This document shows positions 20,331 to 28,510 of a stretch of DNA of 64,000 bases, one piece after another (the first letter of the stretch is position 1; every line of letters starts with the position of its first letter). The DNA lies in NCBI GenBank assembly GCA_965279035.1, contig OZ257142.1, positions 256,001 to 320,000 on the forward strand, in the 5' to 3' direction. The translations under genes and the position numbers were made by a program. A model generated the notes under the pieces. The model worked only from the letters and a program-made list of their open reading frames with translations. It ran no database searches and was not told where the DNA came from. Origin of the DNA: Bacteroidia bacterium (GTDB lineage: Bacteria; Bacteroidota; Bacteroidia; M30B66).

Positions 20331-21548
20331 TTATGGCAATGTTATAAGCGTTCCCCATAAAGCGGGATTGGTGTTAAAACCTTCGCGAACAGTAGAATTC
20401 CAGCGACTTTGCGATGCGCGAGTTCCAGATTCGTTACTTAAATCAACGGCAAATTCAAGTTCATAGAGTAATCCCGAAATCCAAGGCTTTGCTCCTATCG
20501 ATTTCCAAGGGATTGCAGCCTCAAACGTATATCCGCCAGCAGTTTTTTGCATGTGTTGAACCACGTTGCTGACAGCTTTTCCAGTTGTCCAATCGAAAAC
20601 CTGATTTGTTCCTCCGATTTGAAACCCAATGTGGTGATCGCTTGGATAGTAAATAGCACGTTTGGGATTTACACCATTGGCCGATGAAAAAGCGAATTCC
20701 AAGGCATCACCATTCCAGATATTTTCGCCCGTTTGGTTATTAATACCCGGACTTGAATCGGTGATTTCGGCGGCGAGATACAAGTTGGTTTCATCCCAGT
20801 TTAAGCGGAAAGTTCCAACCGAAAGTTTGGCTTCTGTTGCAGGCCATTCGTTGGGTTCAATTTGTCCGTCAATTTTAGGTGCCGACAAAGATTTCACCGC
20901 AAACGTCTGACGCTCCGTTGATTTATAGGGAATAAAGCGAATATCATCCACCCAAACCTTACCACTCGATTCGAATTGTACGATAAGCTGCTTGATATTG
21001 GTCACATCTACATCATACCCTTCGAACGGAAAAGCCGAAAGCGGAATAATCACTTGCGTCCACTGCGAACCAATTGTTCCGCCTTTAATAAAGCCTGCTG
21101 TAACGCCCGTCCAAGCTTGAGCGCCGTTAAAATCTTCAAATCCAATCGCCCAAGGTAAACCGGTTGATTGACCTTTTTTCATCTTCACCCAAAACGAAAG
21201 TGCCGCCGATTGTTGAATGCTAGAGATATCTTTTCCAGTCCAATTGTCCCAGCCAATGCCCATTCCAAGCCAGGTAGATGGATCGGCTTGTTTGTTCCAA
21301 TCGATGCTGATGGCTCCGCTGCCGCTGTGTAATTCTTTTGCTTCCGATTTCACCTGAATGGCTTGTGGTGAAACGGTAAACCAGAGTTCAGAAGTTACTT
21401 GATCATTAAACACCGACAATGCAGTAAACCCATTGATATCAGATATTTGTGCATCGTCTGAAGGCATTTCAAACAGCGATGCCGTTTTCATCCGAACACA
21501 TCCTGATAATACCATCAAACTCAACAAACCCGAAAGCAGCGTTTTCAT
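20331..21548 (-). CDS. Lipoprotein with CBM-like jelly-roll and CBM9/DOMON-like sugar-binding domains
   Basis: Lipobox LSGC; 'WTQVIIPLSAF...VWVDDIRF' jelly roll; 'APKIDG...WDETNLYLAAEITD...GDALEF...YTFEAAIPW' CBM9-like domain. Confidence 0.7.
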   Translation of the reverse strand: MKTLLSGLLSLMVLSGCVRMKTASLFEMPSDDAQISDINGFTALSVFNDQVTSELWFTVSPQAIQVKSEAKELHSGSGAISIDWNKQADPSTWLGMGIGWDNWTGKDISSIQQSAALSFWVKMKKGQSTGLPWAIGFEDFNGAQAWTGVTAGFIKGGTIGSQWTQVIIPLSAFPFEGYDVDVTNIKQLIVQFESSGKVWVDDIRFIPYKSTERQTFAVKSLSAPKIDGQIEPNEWPATEAKLSVGTFRLNWDETNLYLAAEITDSSPGINNQTGENIWNGDALEFAFSSANGVNPKRAIYYPSDHHIGFQIGGTNQVFDWTTGKAVSNVVQHMQKTAGGYTFEAAIPWKSIGAKPWISGLLYELEFAVDLSNESGTRASQSRWNSTVREGFNTNPALWGTLITLP

Positions 21549-21557
21549 TTCCTGAGA

Positions 21558-22559
21558 TTAGGGTACCAATGGAGCACCTTGAGTAAAAATAAGATAATCG
21601 AGACGTGTGTGGGCGTAGCCAGATGATGGGTTTTTCAAGAATAACACATTCACCTGAGTAAGTTTATTGGGTTCGTGAATTCCATTTCCGGCTGGTGTGG
21701 CAGGTGAACCATTTACCAAGGTAGCTAAATCACTATACTTAACCGAAAGCTGACTCCAGCCGTTTTCACTGAGTGTAACTTGGATTGAATACATGTCTTC
21801 GTTAGCTGAAGTAAATGTTCCATCGCCGTTATCATCCTCGGTAAATTGAAACAATAGAATTCCATTGCTCAAACTTTCCGACTTATAAAGCATCGAATTA
21901 AAATACACCTCATCGGGATTTGAAGAAAGCGGATACGTCGTCGCACCGTAAGCCGAAGCAGGTAAATACAAATAGCCTAAAAGCCAATCCCAATCTACTA
22001 CACCGCCCATGTCGAAGTATTTAGCTCCTTGTGCGGCACTATCGGATGTTTGAACAGCAAAGCTCATACTGGCGCCCGATTGAGCAAAACTTTGCCAGCC
22101 CGGATTTATGCCATCTTCAAAATCACTTAACAGAAAACCTTCATTTATGCGAGCAGATGCAACATGAAGCGTGTCGCGAAGTGTGTCTGTTTCGGTGTCG
22201 AAAGTGAGTTCAACAGCACAATCCTCTATGCGGAATAAGGGAAGCTTGGTAATGGTTCCGTTCCAAGTTGCATTAGTGGCATCGAGCAAATTGGAGAAAC
22301 CGGTAATCTCTTTCTTAGCACCCGATTCTAAACCGGTTATGTTCAACTTCCAAGCAATGTTCTTCGAGAAACTTGCTTTGAAGAAGGTTGTTTGTCCGGT
22401 ACCGAAATCCACATCATACACCGATGCCGACAACGATTCGACAATGGAGAATTTACCATACAAATCGTTGAGTGATGGTCCATCGAAGGCATCATCTGTC
22501 TTGCATCCTGAAAAAACCACCAGGCTTATGATAGCAGAAAAAAGAAGGCTGTATTTCAT
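21558..22559 (-). CDS. Surface lipoprotein, putative glycan-binding (Ig-like plus CBM-like domains)
   Basis: Lipobox FSGC; 'LLSDFEDG...WSQLSVKYSDL...LDYLIFT' jelly-roll pattern; acidic DDNGDG loop. Confidence 0.6.
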   Translation of the reverse strand: MKYSLLFSAIISLVVFSGCKTDDAFDGPSLNDLYGKFSIVESLSASVYDVDFGTGQTTFFKASFSKNIAWKLNITGLESGAKKEITGFSNLLDATNATWNGTITKLPLFRIEDCAVELTFDTETDTLRDTLHVASARINEGFLLSDFEDGINPGWQSFAQSGASMSFAVQTSDSAAQGAKYFDMGGVVDWDWLLGYLYLPASAYGATTYPLSSNPDEVYFNSMLYKSESLSNGILLFQFTEDDNGDGTFTSANEDMYSIQVTLSENGWSQLSVKYSDLATLVNGSPATPAGNGIHEPNKLTQVNVLFLKNPSSGYAHTRLDYLIFTQGAPLVP

Positions 22560-22561
22560 GA

Positions 22562-24289
22562 TTAGAATTTCATTTGGAACAAGAGCATAAACTGCTTGAT
22601 CGAATAATCAGGTAATGAACTCAAGGCATTTTTCGATTGAAACTGATTGAGTTGAGCACTTAAAAAAGTCTTTTCACTAAAGCGATAACGTGCACCAATG
22701 GCTTGAAGCGTTTCGTTTCCATCTACTCGGTATTCAGAGAAATTGAAAATCTCCGAATAGGTGTTTCGAACTGCCGTGTAATCAAAACCTTTGTAGCTAA
22801 GTTGTTGAATGCCAAATAATAAATCGAACGATTTCAACACCTCGATTTCTAAACCAGCTGAAAGGCAATTTGTTTTCAAATCGACTGCTTTCACTAAATC
22901 TTCGCCAGCACGATTGGTTTTATCGTCGCGGTAATTAAGTGTTAGGTGGATTTGTTTCTTCCAACCTTTGAAAAACTCATTCAGCTTCGCATCGAGCGTA
23001 AACGTGTTCCGATTGAATTTGCGGGGAAGAAGTGTTCCTTCGCCACGTACTTCTTGCAGTTGGCTATGTGCAAACTCGGCAGTTACAGGAATCGATTTCT
23101 TTGCATATTTCAGCTTAATCGTCATTCCTTGACGGTTCGGAGTTGCGTCGCCATAAGGAGTGATGTTATCGTATCGCGGAGCGAAATCCATCAGGTATGG
23201 ATGCAATTGCAGGTTGTAAAACGATGATTCCCGCATCAGATCCAACATTGTTAACAGACGTAAATCTTGGTTACTCGTGATACGCTGATATGCCTGAGGC
23301 AATCCGTTGTAATCGATTCGTTTGGTTTGCGCACCTGGACTACGAAACGCCGACCCAACAAACTTGGTATTCACCGTAACATGAAGTCCGGTTTGATTTT
23401 GAGAGATGGTTGCACTTCCATCCATGAATTTATCCTTCCAATCGGGTGCAAATGTATCGTTCTTGAAACGCGTTTTCGAATTCCCGAATTCTGCATCCAG
23501 CTTCGCTTCCCAATTCTTTGTTTCGTAGCGTGCTTGAAGCGTTCCTGTATAAACCGGATTTTGAAAACCTGAAGCATTTTTTGACGTTCCCGGAACATCA
23601 TACAAATTCACATAATTGAAACCAGCCTCGAGGTATTTACTTTGAATCAATTGTAGGTTGATGCCCGAAAAAAGTCGATCAGGAGTTTGACCAAAGTCGC
23701 TCGCTTTAACGCGTGTGGTGACAGCATTTACCTGTAATTCCTGAACAAAGCGACTAAACTGCAAAGCAAATCCTAGCGATGCACCTTGTTGACGCCAGGA
23801 ATGATCTGAATTATAGAAGTGGTCGTAATTCACTAAATCGGTTTGTTGTTGAAAGGCGAGCGGAGCATTTGAAATTACTTCTTGATCGTAATTCCACAAG
23901 GTGTAACGCGTCATTCGGTAATTGAAATCGCCCAATTGATATTTCACAATTCCACCAATCACGCCTTTTACGTACATCTGACGTAAGTCGAAGGTCACGC
24001 CAGAACCCCAAAATCCACCGTAGTCGTTACGCAAACGAGCCATAGCGAGAATCTCGGTGTTTTTATTTGGGCGGATGTTGATGCCTAAATCGACCAACAC
24101 GTGACCACTGTTGAGTTTGGGAATGGTTACGGTATCAATCGCGCTGGTGTCTTGCGTGAGTTTATCGGCATAAAAAAGCGAACGTGCGGCTCCGGTAAAG
24201 GAGATCTTTTTGTCGTCTTGTGCCTGAGCGCTCCCAACTGAGCCAAGCAAAACGGCCAGAATCAAACGGGTGTAGAAAGTTCGCTTCAT
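22562..24289 (-). CDS. Uncharacterised outer-membrane beta-barrel protein (575 aa)
   Basis: Sec signal, amphipathic strands and C-terminal Phe (LLFQMKF); no recognisable TonB plug. Confidence 0.65.
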   Translation of the reverse strand: MKRTFYTRLILAVLLGSVGSAQAQDDKKISFTGAARSLFYADKLTQDTSAIDTVTIPKLNSGHVLVDLGINIRPNKNTEILAMARLRNDYGGFWGSGVTFDLRQMYVKGVIGGIVKYQLGDFNYRMTRYTLWNYDQEVISNAPLAFQQQTDLVNYDHFYNSDHSWRQQGASLGFALQFSRFVQELQVNAVTTRVKASDFGQTPDRLFSGINLQLIQSKYLEAGFNYVNLYDVPGTSKNASGFQNPVYTGTLQARYETKNWEAKLDAEFGNSKTRFKNDTFAPDWKDKFMDGSATISQNQTGLHVTVNTKFVGSAFRSPGAQTKRIDYNGLPQAYQRITSNQDLRLLTMLDLMRESSFYNLQLHPYLMDFAPRYDNITPYGDATPNRQGMTIKLKYAKKSIPVTAEFAHSQLQEVRGEGTLLPRKFNRNTFTLDAKLNEFFKGWKKQIHLTLNYRDDKTNRAGEDLVKAVDLKTNCLSAGLEIEVLKSFDLLFGIQQLSYKGFDYTAVRNTYSEIFNFSEYRVDGNETLQAIGARYRFSEKTFLSAQLNQFQSKNALSSLPDYSIKQFMLLFQMKF

Positions 24290-26244
24290 TAGAAAAATGA
24301 CTTTAGTTCGACGGTCAATTCCCGTCCGTGAAAATGATCCTGCTCAAAACTTGCATCTTTGAACGTATACCAGCGATGGCGGAAATACAAGCGTGTATTG
24401 CGTCCTAAGTCGATGTCCATGCCGCAGCCAATTCCTTGTCCGGTTTGGTTTCGCGGACGAAGTGTTTCGTTGTTGATGTCGGTTAGGTAATTCCCTAAGG
24501 TACGTTCGTAACCGTAATAGGCATTGATGAGATAACCTGGACGGATGGCGTAATACAATTCCAATTCGGAAGTGTACTGGCGGATGTAAGCACGCTCATC
24601 GGTGATGGTGATAGGTGAAAACACACGAGAAGAGCTATTGGCTTGTAAAAGAGAGAAGATGTACAATTCGCGTCCAAAGACTTTCGAACGAAACTTAGTT
24701 TGCAACTCACTCATGTTGAAGTGCTTCTTGTAAACCACCGCACCCGAACTGTCGTCGTCGAGATTTACGGTTTCATATACATCGCGGTAGATGTCGGAAT
24801 AGCGTTGATACGGACCCACATTGGCAGGAAATCCCCAACGCCAGAAACGCGATCGAGTAATTTGATTTACCGGGTGATTATACGTTATGACAGAAGCCGA
24901 AGGTGTGAGTTCCGAAGCAAAACCAAATCCTCCGCTAAAACTGATTTTCTTGAATGATTTCTGCAGGTTGAGTGAAAGACCTTGACGATTGTTGGTCATT
25001 TGTCCAAGTCGTACCATCGAACTACTAAATGGTTGCAGCACGGCTGAACTTCCTACGCTTCCGGCAGGTAATGTATTTACTCGATATTCCTTCAAAGAAG
25101 TATTCCAGAACAAAGCAGAATTGTTGACCACGTTTGCACCAATTCGATAGTACTGAAGCTCGAATTGCGGAGCACGTTTTCCGGCAGGAGTGGACAATTT
25201 AAACTGCATCACTTCTCCCCAGCCGGCAGTATTGGTTGGACTGTAATATTTTCCTCCGCCTAGTTCACCTTTCAAGCCCCAACCTTTGTAATCCCAATTG
25301 AATTCGGCGGTTGCCATGTAGAATCCAAAATGATCGGTTGAGAGGCTATCGGTTGATGCGCGTGAATTGAGCGAGTTGATGCTGATGAAACGTTTGGCGG
25401 AGAAGTCTTTGCGAAGTTTTCCTCCGAATGAGAAGTTAGGAACAGGAGAAAATCCTCCGTTTAGCTCTGTCTTTCCGGCCATTAAGATGAAGGACGTTTT
25501 GCCGGGCATGTCTTTTCCCTGAAGCACGATTCCTTCGAAAGCTCGATTTCCCCAACGTGTGTCTTGGTCGATTGATCCTTGTTCAAAATATTGATCGTAC
25601 CGACCGCTCAGGCTTTTCCCAGTTGGATCCCAAGGATTTCGCTCGTACAACATAAATCGGTTGTATCCTTTAAATGATGCCATGGTGAGATCCGATAATG
25701 CTACCCATTGAATACCGCCCACATGCACCGATAAATCGCCCACACGTGTTTTGAAATTACCGTGCAGATTCATACCGAGATTCATTCCCAAGCTGGAACC
25801 TAAACGCGTTCCCAGCAGTGGACTTTGAATAGAAGGGCGAAGTGAATCGGGGATTTGTTTGCCGTAGCTCGTGCCGATATTTCCTTGCAAAAACTGAAAC
25901 ATCATTAAATCGAATCCCCAAGTGGTTTTGTCGGAGGTTTTTCCTGAAATATTCAGCAACAGATTGGGCAACTGACTATCGTCGCCAACGAAGATATTTC
26001 TCGGAAGCGCAGTGTCTTTGGTGATGGAATTGAGCACATACGGATCGAGTTGGCGCTGATACGTGGCGTAAAACCGATAATAACCCGAAACTTGAAGATT
26101 CTTCAATCCACCGGGATCTTTTTTAGGCATCATTCCCATTTCCGTCATCGGCCGACGAATGGTTGTGTCGAACTGTGCATACAGCGAAACCTGCATACAG
26201 AAAAGAAAAGCGACGATAGCCAAAACGTACGGGTGACGATTCAT
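24289..26244 (-). CDS. Uncharacterised outer-membrane beta-barrel protein (651 aa)
   Basis: Sec signal, amphipathic strands and C-terminal Phe (VELKSFF); stop overlaps the next start codon (TAATG). Confidence 0.65.
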   Translation of the reverse strand: MNRHPYVLAIVAFLFCMQVSLYAQFDTTIRRPMTEMGMMPKKDPGGLKNLQVSGYYRFYATYQRQLDPYVLNSITKDTALPRNIFVGDDSQLPNLLLNISGKTSDKTTWGFDLMMFQFLQGNIGTSYGKQIPDSLRPSIQSPLLGTRLGSSLGMNLGMNLHGNFKTRVGDLSVHVGGIQWVALSDLTMASFKGYNRFMLYERNPWDPTGKSLSGRYDQYFEQGSIDQDTRWGNRAFEGIVLQGKDMPGKTSFILMAGKTELNGGFSPVPNFSFGGKLRKDFSAKRFISINSLNSRASTDSLSTDHFGFYMATAEFNWDYKGWGLKGELGGGKYYSPTNTAGWGEVMQFKLSTPAGKRAPQFELQYYRIGANVVNNSALFWNTSLKEYRVNTLPAGSVGSSAVLQPFSSSMVRLGQMTNNRQGLSLNLQKSFKKISFSGGFGFASELTPSASVITYNHPVNQITRSRFWRWGFPANVGPYQRYSDIYRDVYETVNLDDDSSGAVVYKKHFNMSELQTKFRSKVFGRELYIFSLLQANSSSRVFSPITITDERAYIRQYTSELELYYAIRPGYLINAYYGYERTLGNYLTDINNETLRPRNQTGQGIGCGMDIDLGRNTRLYFRHRWYTFKDASFEQDHFHGRELTVELKSFF

Positions 26245-26270
26245 GCGGATGGTTATGAAGTAAAACTACA

Positions 26271-26295
26271 GCTTTTTGTTAAAAATACAATAAGC
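26271..26295. promoter_or_regulatory. Putative NrtR-family operator upstream of the beta-barrel operon
   Basis: Palindrome gctttttGT-taaaaat-ACaataagc (GT-N7-AC); overlaps the -33 region of a minus-strand TTG-N19-TAgtTTTA promoter. Confidence 0.7.
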
Positions 26296-26310
26296 CTGAG
26301 AATTTCTAAC

Positions 26311-27639
26311 TTAAAGTGTCATGCGTTTGAACGAAACCGCTTTCGCCGGTTTTGCATCTGCATCGCTCGGAATCACATAAAAAGGAATATTGCTATATCC
26401 GTAATGTCCGTTTCCATCCGTCAATGTGAGAAACAAACGGTAAGAACCTTCTTTTTGTGGTGCTCGCAACTTGGCTGTATTTCCCTTTTTGCGAATCACC
26501 AAACCCGGTAATGCTTTCGGGGCACTTTCGGCATCACCACCCGAGCGTATATCGGTACTTTCGGGAATTATTTGCCATAGGAAACGAATGTCATCACCAT
26601 CGGGATCGGCAGCTTTTGCAAAGACATCGAAAGGTGTTTCTGCAGTAATTAAGATGTTATCGCCTTTGATGTGTTTATCCACAATCACCGAATCGAGCAT
26701 TGGTGCTTGGTTGAGAGGTTTTTTGCCTGTCCAGATTGTTTCCAATTTATCAAGCGCTTCGCAGGATTCTCCTTTTTCGGAAAAGAGTCCGTACCAGGTT
26801 GAGGTGGTTTCTTGTTTTTGTCCCCAGAGAAACACATAGGAGCCGATGCATTTTTCTGCATCTCCAGCAATGTAACTAGAGTAACGTTCCGCGTATGATT
26901 TCGCTTTCTCCGAACTACTTTGCTCCACTGGTGCGCCCCATTTGGTTTTGCTAACTTCCCAATGTCCGTTCGGTCCCCACTCCGAAATGATATATGGCCC
27001 CTTCCATCCGGCAGCCCGAATTCCCGCTTTTACGTTTCCTAAATCTCCATAGGTATTAATACCATATATATCTATAGCAGGAGCTTTTTCATTAATCAAT
27101 CGCACTTCTTCTTTATCTAAACCAGCAGTAACAGTACAAGTAGGATGATTGGGATCAACTTGATGAATCATTTGGGCTATTTGGTTGATGGCGTCCCAAA
27201 CTTTGGTGTTTTTGTAGTCGAGATCGACTTCGTTACCAACGCCCCAAAGCAAAAGTGCCGGATGATCTTTGAGTTCTGTGACTACTTTCCGAAAACCTTC
27301 GAGCTGAGCGGCAATTTTCTCCTGATCGTTGTAGTCGAATCCATGTCGTTCGTGTTGCACCCAAAGTCCCATCATAACGGTAATTCCTTTCGCTTGAGCT
27401 GCATCGAGAATTTCCTTGGCATTATCAGTACTCCAAGTTCGGATGGAATTTCCTCCCATCGACACCAGTTTATCTAAATGTGTATCACCACCAGCACCTC
27501 GAATATAATAGGGCATTCCACCTCGCATCAATTGCCAAGTTCCCGATGTTGATTGCGTGATTTCAACTTTAACAACCTGAGCTTGCGTGCAGCAAGCAAG
27601 CAATAAAAAGATGACGAATGGGAAGTAGCGATTGCGCAT
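26311..27639 (-). CDS. Clan GH-A glycoside hydrolase, GH158-like endo-beta-1,3-glucanase with C-terminal Ig/PKD-like domain
   Basis: GNSIRTW, HPALLLWGVGNE (acid/base), ISEWG (nucleophile), YVFLWGQKQE and ADPDGD. Confidence 0.75.
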   Translation of the reverse strand: MRNRYFPFVIFLLLACCTQAQVVKVEITQSTSGTWQLMRGGMPYYIRGAGGDTHLDKLVSMGGNSIRTWSTDNAKEILDAAQAKGITVMMGLWVQHERHGFDYNDQEKIAAQLEGFRKVVTELKDHPALLLWGVGNEVDLDYKNTKVWDAINQIAQMIHQVDPNHPTCTVTAGLDKEEVRLINEKAPAIDIYGINTYGDLGNVKAGIRAAGWKGPYIISEWGPNGHWEVSKTKWGAPVEQSSSEKAKSYAERYSSYIAGDAEKCIGSYVFLWGQKQETTSTWYGLFSEKGESCEALDKLETIWTGKKPLNQAPMLDSVIVDKHIKGDNILITAETPFDVFAKAADPDGDDIRFLWQIIPESTDIRSGGDAESAPKALPGLVIRKKGNTAKLRAPQKEGSYRLFLTLTDGNGHYGYSNIPFYVIPSDADAKPAKAVSFKRMTL

Positions 27640-27647
27640 AGGTTTAT

Positions 27648-28379
27648 TTAAAAGTCGAATGAGAATCCGTTCGCCAGCATTTCCTGAAATTTATTTTCAT
27701 CAATCGAATACAAGAGTGATGGGCGATGGGATACATTTATTTGAGATTCGTCGAGTTTTTTGAGAAACTTAATGTTGACTAATTTTTTCCGAAAGTTGCC
27801 TTTGTCGAACTCCTTATCGAGCACCGTTTCGAACATTTCCTGAAAGGCAGTAAGTGTGAATTTCCTCGGCAGAACATTGCTCCAAATGTTTTCGTGTAGA
27901 ATTCGACTTTTCAGTTCGGTTAACGAAGCATCTAAAATTTCTTGGTGATCAAAAGCCAACTGAGGTACATTTTTAACAGAATGCCAGCTGGTTTGTTTAG
28001 CCCAAGAAGATGCGTGAGGTTTTAAATCGGATGGCTCTACCAAGGCGAGATAGGCCACTGTAATAACACGACCAAGTGGATGACGATCAACTTTTCCAAA
28101 GGTTTTCACCTGGCGGATAGGAATTCCGATAAGCGATGTTAAATCTTTCAACACGCGCGTTGCAGCCGAATCGAGGTCTTCATTTGGGTATACCAAATCG
28201 CCCGGTAATGCCCAATAATTTTCAAAAGGATCGGTTCCTCGCTGAATGAGGAGGATTTTTAATTCCCGATCATGATAACCAAAAATGACACAGTCGACCG
28301 AAAAAGCCGATTTAAAAAACTCATCAATTGGTATTGAATACAGATCGTCTTGCTGTAATCGGGGAGGATAAGATTTCAT
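27648..28379 (-). CDS. NrtR-family (Nudix plus wHTH) transcriptional regulator, AraR/XylR-like
   Basis: SVDCVIFG, WALPG, degenerate Nudix box, RHPLGRVITVAY, LAFDH, FTL and NFRKK. Confidence 0.9.
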   Translation of the reverse strand: MKSYPPRLQQDDLYSIPIDEFFKSAFSVDCVIFGYHDRELKILLIQRGTDPFENYWALPGDLVYPNEDLDSAATRVLKDLTSLIGIPIRQVKTFGKVDRHPLGRVITVAYLALVEPSDLKPHASSWAKQTSWHSVKNVPQLAFDHQEILDASLTELKSRILHENIWSNVLPRKFTLTAFQEMFETVLDKEFDKGNFRKKLVNIKFLKKLDESQINVSHRPSLLYSIDENKFQEMLANGFSFDF

Positions 28380-28440
28380 TTTAATTTAAAATGGTGTAGC
28401 ATTCAAATCTAACCAGATTGTGTTTTCAAAACTAATAAAT

Positions 28441-28465
28441 ACTTTTTGTATTTTTTACAATTAGT
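28441..28465. promoter_or_regulatory. Putative NrtR-family operator between the regulator and the secreted multi-module gene
   Basis: actttttGT-atttttt-ACaattagt (GT-N7-AC); overlaps TTTG(28445-48)-N19-TAcaTTAG(28468-75). Confidence 0.7.
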
Positions 28466-28510
28466 ATTACATTAGCATCCAGTAAACCCAAACTTCAAAC
28501 TCAATAAACA

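Noticed and set aside
22562-26244. Calling the two large proteins SusC/SusD
   Set aside because: They are too short for SusC and lack plug and SusC motifs; neither has a lipobox or the helical SusD pattern.
28417-28437. A further GT-N7-AC site near the regulator
   Set aside because: The flanks are poorly palindromic and it may be chance in AT-rich DNA.
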